DNA of 64,000 nt, taken from NCBI GenBank assembly GCA_038134805.1, contig JAYPVV010000002.1:24648-88647 (forward strand). Direction: 5' to 3'. Every line of letters begins with the position of its first letter. Position 1 is the first letter of the stretch. A program made the translations under genes and the position numbers. The notes beneath the pieces were generated by a model. It saw only the letters and a program-made list of their open reading frames with translations, was not told where the DNA came from and searched no databases. This document shows positions 31,925-40,598 of the stretch, one piece after another. The DNA comes from Marinoscillum sp. Its GTDB lineage: Bacteria > Bacteroidota > Bacteroidia > Cytophagales > MED-G16.

Positions 31925-32800
31925 ATGAGAGGCAGGTTATTTAGACAACTTGTTGAGAATGACAAAGAACCATTATCTATTTTTGGTACGGTAAATGCAT
32001 ATTCTTCAGTACTAGCAAAAAAAAACGGAGTAAAATCAATATATCTTTCTGGTAGCGGTGTCGCCGCAGCATCTTTCGGTCTCCCAGACCTTGGATTTAC
32101 AAAATTAGAAGATGTGGTAGAAGATGCTAGAAGAATTACCTCAGCGTGTGATTTACCACTTCTTGTTGATGTTGATACTGGATTTGGTTCATTAAATTCT
32201 ATTCAAAAAACTGTCAAGTTGATGGAAAAAGAAAATGTCGCAGCTATTCATATTGAGGACCAAGTCGATCTCAAGAGATGTGGACACAGACCAAACAAAA
32301 AATTAGTTTCAATCACTGAGATGCAAGACAGGATTAAGGCTGCAGTTGACGCAAGGATCGATGATGATTTTGTAATCATGGCAAGGTCTGATGCCTTAGC
32401 TGTAGAAAATGAGGAAATGTTGCTTGAGAGAATCAATTCATACATTGAAGTTGGAGCTGATATGATATTTCCTGAAGCACTAGTTTCCTTAGATGGATAC
32501 AAAAAAATTGCTCAAGAATCCTCTGTACCAATTCTAGCAAATATCACAGAGTTTGGGAAGACCCCTTTATTCTTAAAAAAAGAATTACATGATGCTGGAG
32601 TATCTATGGTTCTATATCCTCTAACTGCTTTTAGGGCAATGAGTAAGGCTGCAGAAAAGATATATAAGGAATTATCTAGTTCAGAATCTCAGGAGAATAT
32701 GCTAGGAGAGATGCAGACTAGAGATGAGCTGTATGATTACCTTTCCTACCATAAATATGAGAAGGAGATGGATGATATTTTAAATAAAAAAGATGAGTAA
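31925..32800 (+). CDS. prpB: Methylisocitrate lyase
   Basis: 291 aa of the PEP mutase/isocitrate lyase superfamily (IYLSGSGVAAASFGLPDLG, IHIEDQV..KRCGH). Adjacent to prpC and prpD. Confidence 0.88.
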   Translation: MRGRLFRQLVENDKEPLSIFGTVNAYSSVLAKKNGVKSIYLSGSGVAAASFGLPDLGFTKLEDVVEDARRITSACDLPLLVDVDTGFGSLNSIQKTVKLMEKENVAAIHIEDQVDLKRCGHRPNKKLVSITEMQDRIKAAVDARIDDDFVIMARSDALAVENEEMLLERINSYIEVGADMIFPEALVSLDGYKKIAQESSVPILANITEFGKTPLFLKKELHDAGVSMVLYPLTAFRAMSKAAEKIYKELSSSESQENMLGEMQTRDELYDYLSYHKYEKEMDDILNKKDE

Positions 32801-33902
32801 AGGATTAAGAGGTATTGAGGCGGGAACAACTTCGATTTGTACCGTTGGGGAGACTGGTGATGATCTCCACTACAGAGGTTATGACGTTGTCGACCTAAGT
32901 GAACATTGCATTTTTGAGGAAGTGTGTTACTTACTTCTTCATGGTAACCTTCCTAATAAAGACCAGCTTAAAAGCTTTACAAATAATATAATTTCTAAGA
33001 GGTCTTTACCAGACTCATTAAAAATTGTACTAGAAACTATTCCAAAGCAGACTAACCCTATGGATGTGTTAAGGACCGCGTCCTCTTTCCTTGGAAATAT
33101 CGAGCCTGAGAAGTCATTCGATAATCAGATGCACTGCTCAGAGAGACTACTTGGAATATTTCCTTCAGCATTAAATTACTGGTATCATTTCTCGCACTCT
33201 GGAAATAAGATCTCAGAGGAAAATGATTCTGAAACTATTGCGGGCCATTTTCTACATACTTTACACGGAAGAAAGCCAACCGAGACAGAGGAGAAGGTTA
33301 TGAACATATCTCTTATCCTATACGCTGAACATGAGTTCAATGCATCTACATTTGCCGCGAGAGTATGTGCTGCTACTTTATCGGACTTTTATTCTTGTGT
33401 TACAGGTGCGATAGGAACTTTGAGAGGTCCTCTTCACGGTGGAGCAAATGAAAAGGCGATGGAACTTATCTCAAGATTTGAGGATGAGGAATCTGCCGCA
33501 AAATCTATCTACTCGATGCTTGAAAATAAAGAGCTTATCATGGGCTTTGGTCATGCTGTATACAAGAAGCAAGACCCGCGAAATGATATAATCAAGAAGT
33601 GGTCGAAAAAACTTTCTGTTGGAAGACCTAATGAAAAACTTTATGGTATCTCATGTAGAATTGAGAGGATAATGAAAGAGGAGAAAGGTCTTTTTGCTAA
33701 TGCCGACTTTTTCCATGCGTCTGCCTACAATTTTATGGATATACCTACTAAGCTTTTCACTCCAATTTTTGTTTGTTCAAGAGTATCGGGTTGGGCAGCT
33801 CATATCATAGAGCAGAGATCAGATAATAAACTAATAAGGCCTGGAGCAAAATATGTTGGTAGTGATCCGCTTGATTTTGTCCCAATAAACGAAAGAGATT
33901 AA
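32793..33902 (+). CDS. prpC: 2-methylcitrate synthase
   Basis: 369 aa citrate-synthase fold (LILYAEHEFNASTF, GPLHGGANE, GFGHAVYK). Context supports the prpC call. Confidence 0.88.
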   Translation: MSKGLRGIEAGTTSICTVGETGDDLHYRGYDVVDLSEHCIFEEVCYLLLHGNLPNKDQLKSFTNNIISKRSLPDSLKIVLETIPKQTNPMDVLRTASSFLGNIEPEKSFDNQMHCSERLLGIFPSALNYWYHFSHSGNKISEENDSETIAGHFLHTLHGRKPTETEEKVMNISLILYAEHEFNASTFAARVCAATLSDFYSCVTGAIGTLRGPLHGGANEKAMELISRFEDEESAAKSIYSMLENKELIMGFGHAVYKKQDPRNDIIKKWSKKLSVGRPNEKLYGISCRIERIMKEEKGLFANADFFHASAYNFMDIPTKLFTPIFVCSRVSGWAAHIIEQRSDNKLIRPGAKYVGSDPLDFVPINERD

Positions 33903-33903
33903 T

Positions 33904-35352
33904 ATGAAAAATGAGGTTTCAGAAAATTTTATTTCTGATTATGATAAAGAGATAAAAGAGATAGCAGACTACACTGTTAACTTCTCTAATTTTTCAGACC
34001 TGTCAAGGCAAACCGCATACCATGTGCTTCTAGATAGTATAGCCTGTGGCATACTAGCCCTAAAAAACGAATCATGTAAAAACTTATTAGGTCCAGTCTT
34101 TGGCGGTTCTAATATCGATGACGGAGCAAGAGTTTTTGGAACAAACTATACGCTGGATCCAATTAGAGCAGCTTGGAATACAGGATGTATTATTAGGTGG
34201 TTAGATTTTAATGATACGTGGTTAGCACAGGAGTGGGGTCACCCCTCAGACAACCTAGGTGCAATTCTTCCGCTTACCGATTTTTTAAGTTTAAAGAGAG
34301 TCAGTAAAGGCCAGGACCCAATAAAAGTATCAGAGTTACTAGAACATACAATTAAAGCTCATGAGATACAGGGAGTCTTAGCTCTTGACAATAGCTTTAA
34401 TAAGGTAGGGCTTGACCACGTCTTACTTGTCAGGGTAGCGTCAAGCGCTCTATCCTCATACCTTCTCGGAGGCAACTATGATGATGTATGTAATACGGTA
34501 TCCCACGCCTGGGTAGATGGAAGTAGCCTAAGAACATACAGACACGCTCCTAATACGGGAAGTAGAAAGTCGTGGGCTGCGGGAGATGCAACATCTAGAG
34601 CAGTTCATCTCGCTTGGCTTACCTCAAGAGGTGAAGGTGGATACAGAGGTGCTCTTTCGGCAAAGAAATGGGGATTTAGTGACGTAAGTTTTAAAAGTAA
34701 ACCAATTAAAAGAAGTCAAGGGTATGGTACTTATGTGATGGAAAATATTTTATTTAAAATTTCTTTTCCTGCTGAATTTCATGCGCAGACTGCAGTTGAG
34801 GCTGGAATATCTCTACATGAAAAGTATGGGGACAAACTTGATAAAATATCAAGTATTGAGGTAGAGACACAAGAGCCTGCAGTAAGAATTATTTCTAAGA
34901 CCGGGCCACTACACAATTATGCTGATAGAGATCACTGCCTACAGTACATGATTGCTATAGCGTTGATATATGGAGAGGTTGAGGCTAAGCACTACCAAGA
35001 TGAAATTGCGAGTAATCCGATGATTGATTCATTGAGACAAAAGATGATAATAAGTGAAAACCCAAAATTTTCTCGTGACTATCTGGATCCAAGTAAAAGA
35101 TCAATTGCCAACAGTATCACTTTAGCTTTTTATGATGGATCAAAGTCAGAGAAAATAATTGTGGAGTACCCGGTAGGTCACAGAAATAGGAGAGACGAGG
35201 GGATTCCTCTTCTACTTGATAAATTCGAGGCCGCAATTAAAAGTTATTACCCTAGTAACCAATCAGATGATATATTAAACTCCTTCCTAGATATGGAGAA
35301 TTTATCAAATATGTCAGTAAATGAGATGATGGATAAATTAGTGATAAAATGA
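33904..35352 (+). CDS. prpD: 2-methylcitrate dehydratase
   Basis: 482 aa MmgE/PrpD family (LLDSIACGILAL, GHPSDNLGAILP, ADRDHCLQYMIA). Confidence 0.9.
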   Translation: MKNEVSENFISDYDKEIKEIADYTVNFSNFSDLSRQTAYHVLLDSIACGILALKNESCKNLLGPVFGGSNIDDGARVFGTNYTLDPIRAAWNTGCIIRWLDFNDTWLAQEWGHPSDNLGAILPLTDFLSLKRVSKGQDPIKVSELLEHTIKAHEIQGVLALDNSFNKVGLDHVLLVRVASSALSSYLLGGNYDDVCNTVSHAWVDGSSLRTYRHAPNTGSRKSWAAGDATSRAVHLAWLTSRGEGGYRGALSAKKWGFSDVSFKSKPIKRSQGYGTYVMENILFKISFPAEFHAQTAVEAGISLHEKYGDKLDKISSIEVETQEPAVRIISKTGPLHNYADRDHCLQYMIAIALIYGEVEAKHYQDEIASNPMIDSLRQKMIISENPKFSRDYLDPSKRSIANSITLAFYDGSKSEKIIVEYPVGHRNRRDEGIPLLLDKFEAAIKSYYPSNQSDDILNSFLDMENLSNMSVNEMMDKLVIK

Positions 35353-35801
35353 GAGTTGTTATCCAAAGGGTAAGTCAGTCAAACGTTAAGGTATCAGGAG
35401 AGATTATTGGTGAAATTAATGAAGGTCTCATGGTTCTTGTAAGTTTTGTTGACGAAGATAATGATACTGATCTTGGCTGGATGACAAAAAAAATTATCAA
35501 TCTCAGAATATTTAACGATGATGAGGGGAAGATGAATAGAAGTGTCCAGGACGTAGGTGGAGATATTCTTCTTATCAGTCAGTTCACTCTCCACGGGTCA
35601 ACTAAGAAAGGGAATCGTCCTTCTTTCATTAAGGCAGCGAAGCCAGATTTTGCAAACGTTATGTATGAGAGATTTATTAAAGTATTAGAGCAGTCTCTGG
35701 GTAAGGAAATTCAGACTGGAGAGTTTGGTGGTGACATGAAAGTTAGTCTAGTTAACGACGGACCAACCACTATAATAATAGACTCAAAGGACAAAGAGTA
35801 A
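35349..35801 (+). CDS. dtd: D-aminoacyl-tRNA deacylase
   Basis: 150 aa with MRVVIQRV and SQFTLHGSTKKGNRPSF. ATGA overlap with the prpD stop. Confidence 0.93.
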   Translation: MRVVIQRVSQSNVKVSGEIIGEINEGLMVLVSFVDEDNDTDLGWMTKKIINLRIFNDDEGKMNRSVQDVGGDILLISQFTLHGSTKKGNRPSFIKAAKPDFANVMYERFIKVLEQSLGKEIQTGEFGGDMKVSLVNDGPTTIIIDSKDKE

Positions 35802-35842
35802 ATTATTCTTCTGCAATATAAGAAATAATGATTTTTTTCATA

Positions 35843-37156
35843 TTACTTCTTCTTAACTATCTTCTCCATAGTTAGTCCCTGCACTAATATTGTAAATAGA
35901 ACAACAGCGTAGGTTAGAATTAGTATAAGAGATTTAACATCTCCCATGTCATCAGGTAAGTTAAGGGCAAGAGCTATACTAAGTCCACCTCTCAAACCTC
36001 CCCATGTAATAATTTTAGCAGTATTTTCTTCAAAGTCTTTAAATCGTGATAGTATTACAATTGGAATTGATACTCCTAAATATCTAGAAATTACAACAAT
36101 TAATATTATGATTATTGACAATGCAAGATAAATTAAATTAAAGCTATCAAAAATTAAAATAATTTCCAGTCCTATAAGTATAAATAGGATAGCGTTAAGT
36201 GTTTCATCAAGAAGGTGCCAGAATTTATAAACATAATCTCCCATTGCAAGTTTTGAATCACCATTTCCATCTTTTTCTTTTATATGTTTATTAAGATATA
36301 ATCCAAGCATAACAACTGCAAGAGGTGCAGATAGATGGTATTCACTTGCAACAACTGAAACAAATAAAACTAATGATAAGGTAATAAGAACTTCTAACTC
36401 AACATACTCATTTTCTATATACCTCACAAGTCTTAATCCTAAGTAACCAAAAATAGCACCAAGAGCTAATCCTCCAATAACCTCAGTAAAAAAAAGTGAG
36501 GTTACTGACTCTATTGATATAGATGCACCAGAAGACTTTATCCCTAATAATGTTAAAAACACTACAACTCCAATTCCATCATTAAATAATGATTCTCCAG
36601 CAATTCTTGTTTCAGTTTCAGGCGATAGATCTAATTTTTTAATTATTGAAAGAACTGCAATTGGATCTGTAGGAGCAATTAATGAACCAAATAGTAAACA
36701 GTCAACATAAGAAAGACCTAGACTCGAGAGCCCAAATACTGAATTGACTAAAAAGTATGTTAAACTTCCCACAACATAGGTAGAAAATAATACTCCAAAA
36801 GAGGCAAGTAATAATATTGTAAGTTTATCTTTCCTTAATATATGTACATTAATAGACATAGCACCAGCAAATAATAGAAATGGAAGCATTATGTTTATTA
36901 ACATGAAATTAAAATCAAAACTCTCAGTTATTGTATATGCTAAATCATAAAAACTTGGAAAGAAAATGCCAAAAATCAAAATAACAAATGATAAGATTAT
37001 TGCCAATACCATCAAGCCAATAGTCATGGGTAACTTAAGATATCTTAAGTTTATTATTGAAAAAAATGATGTTAAGATTAGTAAAAAAGTACTTAACTCT
37101 AGTACATCAAGTTTTCTGTTTTCAATAAGTGTAAATCCCTGACTAAGTTCTTCCAC
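35843..37156 (-). CDS. Na+/H+ antiporter (CPA1/NhaP type), GTG start
   Basis: 437 aa with about 11-12 TM helices; LFGSLIAPTDPIAV and ESLFNDG motifs. Confidence 0.85.
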   Translation of the reverse strand: MEELSQGFTLIENRKLDVLELSTFLLILTSFFSIINLRYLKLPMTIGLMVLAIILSFVILIFGIFFPSFYDLAYTITESFDFNFMLINIMLPFLLFAGAMSINVHILRKDKLTILLLASFGVLFSTYVVGSLTYFLVNSVFGLSSLGLSYVDCLLFGSLIAPTDPIAVLSIIKKLDLSPETETRIAGESLFNDGIGVVVFLTLLGIKSSGASISIESVTSLFFTEVIGGLALGAIFGYLGLRLVRYIENEYVELEVLITLSLVLFVSVVASEYHLSAPLAVVMLGLYLNKHIKEKDGNGDSKLAMGDYVYKFWHLLDETLNAILFILIGLEIILIFDSFNLIYLALSIIIILIVVISRYLGVSIPIVILSRFKDFEENTAKIITWGGLRGGLSIALALNLPDDMGDVKSLILILTYAVVLFTILVQGLTMEKIVKKK

Positions 37157-37207
37157 AAAAAAAATTATCTTTTTAAAGAATATGTTAAAATAACTATAAA
37201 TTTAAAT

Positions 37208-37534
37208 ATGACAATTAAAGAGGCACAAAAACTTATTGACATCTGGATAAAAGAGAAAGGTGTCAGATATTTCAATGAATTAACAAATACCGCTATTCTG
37301 ATGGAGGAAGTAGGAGAACTTGCTAGAGTAATCTCAAGGAAGTACGGTGAGCAGTCATTGAAAAAGGGTGAAGGGAATCTTGACTTAGAAGATGAAATAG
37401 CAGATGTCCTTTGGGTCTTAATATGTATTGCAAATCAGACAGGTATAGACCTAACTGATGCTCTAAAAAAAAATATGGAAAAGAAAGACAGAAGAGATTC
37501 TAAGAGACACTTAAATAATAAGAAACTACAATAA
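37208..37534 (+). CDS. MazG-like nucleotide pyrophosphohydrolase (small single-domain)
   Basis: 108 aa with LMEEVGELARVI and EDEIADVLWVLICIAN. Confidence 0.8.
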   Translation: MTIKEAQKLIDIWIKEKGVRYFNELTNTAILMEEVGELARVISRKYGEQSLKKGEGNLDLEDEIADVLWVLICIANQTGIDLTDALKKNMEKKDRRDSKRHLNNKKLQ

Positions 37535-38227
37535 TATAATCTTATCTCCATTTAGATAAGGCAATATTTTTTGTTTATCTCTCTCTGAGCAGAATTTAAT
37601 ATCTTCAATATTATTATAACCCGACAATCTTCTAGCATGTGAAGATTTTTTCATACAAGATAAGATATCATTTTTTGATTGTTCATATAATTTTTTTGCA
37701 ATTATTACGGTATCGGACTCATAATCATAATTTTCTAATCCTGCAACTATTGCCCCTGCGCACATTGTGTCTTCTAGATTAACACTACCTTTCCATCCCG
37801 AGCATACTAGTAGCGTATCTCTACTATTATTATTTAGGTATTCAATAACTTTTGATAGGTTTAGAAATGAACTTATTAGAGTTATTTTAGACCCCTTAGT
37901 CTTCACAATTGCTATTGTACCATTACTGGTGGCAATTCCAACATCTCTGCCTTCAAATATTTTTCTTTCAATTTTAGAAGGAGAGTTACCAAAGTCAAAT
38001 CCATCTACCCTTTTACCCATTCTCTCAGCCATGACAATATAACCATCATCTTTAAGTTTCATACATTCCTCAAGTGACTCTACTGGTATAACAGATTTAG
38101 CTCCAGAGAAAAGAATAGTGTTTATTGTACTTGTTGCTCTAAGCACATCAATTACTACTACATTTTTGTCTTGGTGCTTATAATTTTTTAGTTGTTGGTG
38201 AGTTAAACAAATATCTACTGAACTCAT
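37526..38227 (-). CDS. 2-phosphosulfolactate phosphatase (ComB) family protein
   Basis: 233 aa with VVVIDVLRATSTI and a FGNSP motif. ATGA overlap with the gcvT stop. Confidence 0.75.
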   Translation of the reverse strand: MSSVDICLTHQQLKNYKHQDKNVVVIDVLRATSTINTILFSGAKSVIPVESLEECMKLKDDGYIVMAERMGKRVDGFDFGNSPSKIERKIFEGRDVGIATSNGTIAIVKTKGSKITLISSFLNLSKVIEYLNNNSRDTLLVCSGWKGSVNLEDTMCAGAIVAGLENYDYESDTVIIAKKLYEQSKNDILSCMKKSSHARRLSGYNNIEDIKFCSERDKQKILPYLNGDKIILL

Positions 38228-39306
38228 ATGAATGGTCTTTTAACTATTTGTGCTTCTACTTTTTTTGATCTGACTTCAATAAATATTTTTTCTGAAATAG
38301 TATTTTCACCATAGCTAACGTATCCCATTCCTATAGCCTTTTTTGAGTAAGGGGAGATTGAACCACTTGTGACTTCACCAACTAGTTCCTTTTCTTTATT
38401 AAAAATCTTATATCCTTTTCTGGGGATACCTTTTTCAACTAATTCAAATCCAATAAGAACCTTAGATGGTTTATTGGTTCTGTCTCTATCTACAATTTTT
38501 TTTCCTATGAAGTCTATATCTTTTTTACATATCCATGCAAGTCCAGCCTCAATTGGATTTATGGAGTCATCAATGTCATTTCCATGTAGGCAGAACCCCA
38601 TCTCTAACCTAAGTGTATCTCTTGCTCCAAGTCCAATAGGTTTGATTCCAAATTCATTACCTACTGAAATAATGCTATCCCAAAGAGATTCAGCAAATTC
38701 ATTTTTTACGTATAGCTCGAAACCCCCAGCTCCTGTATATCCAGTTGCTGAAATAATAATGTTCCCAAACTTACTATTTTCCTTTTGTACAAATGTATAA
38801 TATTTTATATCTGAGAGATCTTCTTCAAATAATTGGCTGCATACTTTCTCTGCAATTGGTCCTTGAACTGCATATAGAGAGTACTCATCTGAATAATTTT
38901 TTATTTCTACATCAAGATTATTATTCTCATTGAGCCAGTTAAAATCTTTCTCCATGTTCGATGCATTAACTACAAGCATATATGTATTTTCTCCCATGTC
39001 ATAGACTAGGAGGTCGTCAATTATTCCGCCAGAATGATTTAATATTGAAGAGTACTGAACTTTCCCTTTCGTTAATTTGCTAAGATCATTTGTGGTAACC
39101 ATTTGTAAAAAATCTTTTGCCATTTCTCCCGAAACAAAAAATTCTCCCATATGAGATACATCAAAAATTCCTACTTTTTCCCTAACACAATTATGCTCAT
39201 CCGCTATAGTAGAATACCACATAGGCATATTAAATCCAGCAAAAGGGACCATTTTTGCTTTATTTTCTAGATGAAATTTTTCGTTTTGTAAGGCTTTGAT
39301 TTTCAT
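38224..39306 (-). CDS. gcvT: Glycine cleavage system aminomethyltransferase (T protein)
   Basis: 360 aa with FAGFNMPMWY, FDVSHMGEF and GARDTLRLE. Confidence 0.93.
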   Translation of the reverse strand: MKIKALQNEKFHLENKAKMVPFAGFNMPMWYSTIADEHNCVREKVGIFDVSHMGEFFVSGEMAKDFLQMVTTNDLSKLTKGKVQYSSILNHSGGIIDDLLVYDMGENTYMLVVNASNMEKDFNWLNENNNLDVEIKNYSDEYSLYAVQGPIAEKVCSQLFEEDLSDIKYYTFVQKENSKFGNIIISATGYTGAGGFELYVKNEFAESLWDSIISVGNEFGIKPIGLGARDTLRLEMGFCLHGNDIDDSINPIEAGLAWICKKDIDFIGKKIVDRDRTNKPSKVLIGFELVEKGIPRKGYKIFNKEKELVGEVTSGSISPYSKKAIGMGYVSYGENTISEKIFIEVRSKKVEAQIVKRPFI

Positions 39307-39334
39307 TGATCAAAGATAAGTTTTATAGATTAAT

Positions 39335-39910
39335 TTATAATAGTTTAAATGATTTCCTATGATAATCAGAGACGCCATATTTCATAATTGATTCTCTGTG
39401 TTTTTTAGTTGGATATCCAAAATTTGATTCCCACGAATACTTATCGTATTTGAGAGATAAATTTTTCATCAGGTCATCTCTATAATTTTTTGCAAGAATT
39501 GATGCAGCGGCAATATTTTGAAATTTATTATCACCCTTTATAATACACTCATGAGGTATTGATTTATAATATTTAAATTTATTTCCATCTATTACTATAA
39601 ATTCAGGTCTAATTTTTAATTTATCTAGTGCTTTATGCATAGCTAAGATAGAGGCGTTTAGAATATTTATTTCATCTATTTTTTTATTACTCACTTCAGA
39701 AATACTCCAACAAGTTGCGTTATCAATTATTTCTTGACCTACCTCTTTCCTTTTCTTACGACTTAATTTTTTTGAGTCAATAATTAACTTATTCTTGTAG
39801 TCTGGCGGGAGTATTACTGCAGCTGCTACAACTGGCCCGGCGATACACCCTCTTCCAACCTCATCGCATCCTGCTTCTATTAATTTATACTGATACTGGG
39901 CATTTAACAT
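39335..39910 (-). CDS. rnhB: Ribonuclease HII
   Basis: 191 aa with AGCDEVGRGCIAGPVV and IDGN. Confidence 0.92.
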   Translation of the reverse strand: MLNAQYQYKLIEAGCDEVGRGCIAGPVVAAAVILPPDYKNKLIIDSKKLSRKKRKEVGQEIIDNATCWSISEVSNKKIDEINILNASILAMHKALDKLKIRPEFIVIDGNKFKYYKSIPHECIIKGDNKFQNIAAASILAKNYRDDLMKNLSLKYDKYSWESNFGYPTKKHRESIMKYGVSDYHRKSFKLL

Positions 39911-40000
39911 TTTTTAATAATATTAATTTATTCTTCATACAATATTTCTAGAACTATGTCGTCTAATAGATGTGACAAGTAAAATATTAAATTATTAATT

Positions 40001-40501
40001 ATGAAAAAAATACTTCTAGTTATAGTGACACTTTTTATATCAGATATAGCATATTCTCAAGTTCAAAGAGGTAATAACTTCCAGAGGAGGGGGATGATAG
40101 ATAGGGATCAGATTAAGGAAAGGTTAGAGATGAGAAGGGAGTCAATGCAAAACGGAAAAAATGAACCTATCCGTTTACTTAATCTTTCAGAAGAACAAAG
40201 GAAATCATTCGAAGAAATTAATTCAAAACATTTATCCGCTGTAAAACCGATAAAGAAAGAAATGATGAAGAAAAAATTAGAGATTCAACTAGAGAAGATG
40301 GAAGATAATAAAGATAAAATTGATATAAGTTCAGTCAACAAATTAATAGATGAGATTTCTGATCTAGAAGCAGAACTAAGAAAGTCTAAATTTAATAAAA
40401 ACCTAGAAATTAGGTCTCTACTTGATGAAGAGCAAGAAATGAGATTCGAGAGGTTGATGCAGAGGAAAAAGATGTGGGAGATAAATAATATAATGAGATA
40501 A
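40001..40501 (+). CDS. Periplasmic Spy/CpxP-like (LTxxQ-motif) protein
   Basis: Signal peptide, helical K/E-rich body, and two LxxEQ repeats (LNLSEEQRKSF, LLDEEQEMRF). Confidence 0.6.
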   Translation: MKKILLVIVTLFISDIAYSQVQRGNNFQRRGMIDRDQIKERLEMRRESMQNGKNEPIRLLNLSEEQRKSFEEINSKHLSAVKPIKKEMMKKKLEIQLEKMEDNKDKIDISSVNKLIDEISDLEAELRKSKFNKNLEIRSLLDEEQEMRFERLMQRKKMWEINNIMR

Positions 40502-40557
40502 AATTCAAGAATATGATTCATACTAAGTAAAGTTTAACAACAATTCATACCTAAATC

Positions 40558-40584
40558 AAAAGCCCGAGAGATCGGGCTTTTTTC
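40558..40584 (+). terminator. Strong rho-independent terminator
   Basis: aaaAGCCCGA-gaga-TCGGGCTttt: 7-bp GC-cored stem extendable to 10 bp, 4-nt loop, T-run at 40578-40583. Confidence 0.85.
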
Positions 40585-40592
40585 TATATTTG
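40585..40592 (+). promoter_or_regulatory. Candidate -7 box (TATATTTG) 6 nt upstream of the MATE ATG
   Basis: Exact TAnnTTTG immediately after the terminator. Confidence 0.3.
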
Positions 40593-40598
40593 CTGACA

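Noticed and set aside
31925-35352. A GC-rich patch over prpB-prpC-prpD (hand counts of several 60-nt lines give about 35-52% G+C, against about 22-33% in typical flanking lines) looked like a horizontally acquired island.
   Set aside because: Third-position counts over about 100 codons gave GC3 of only 15-40%, close to a hutH sample at 20-30%. Arg is encoded almost exclusively by AGA, as in the rest of the window. Conserved Gly/Ala-rich stretches of rplB, hutU and recA reach similar G+C. There is no flanking tRNA, integrase or direct repeat. The excess is mostly driven by amino-acid composition. A proper test would use codon adaptation or k-mer signature, plus phylogeny.
35802-35842. A possible hairpin (attatt ... 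aataat followed by T7) between dtd and the antiporter gene, considered as a bidirectional terminator.
   Set aside because: The stem is 6 A:T pairs with a bulge. It is too weak to call.
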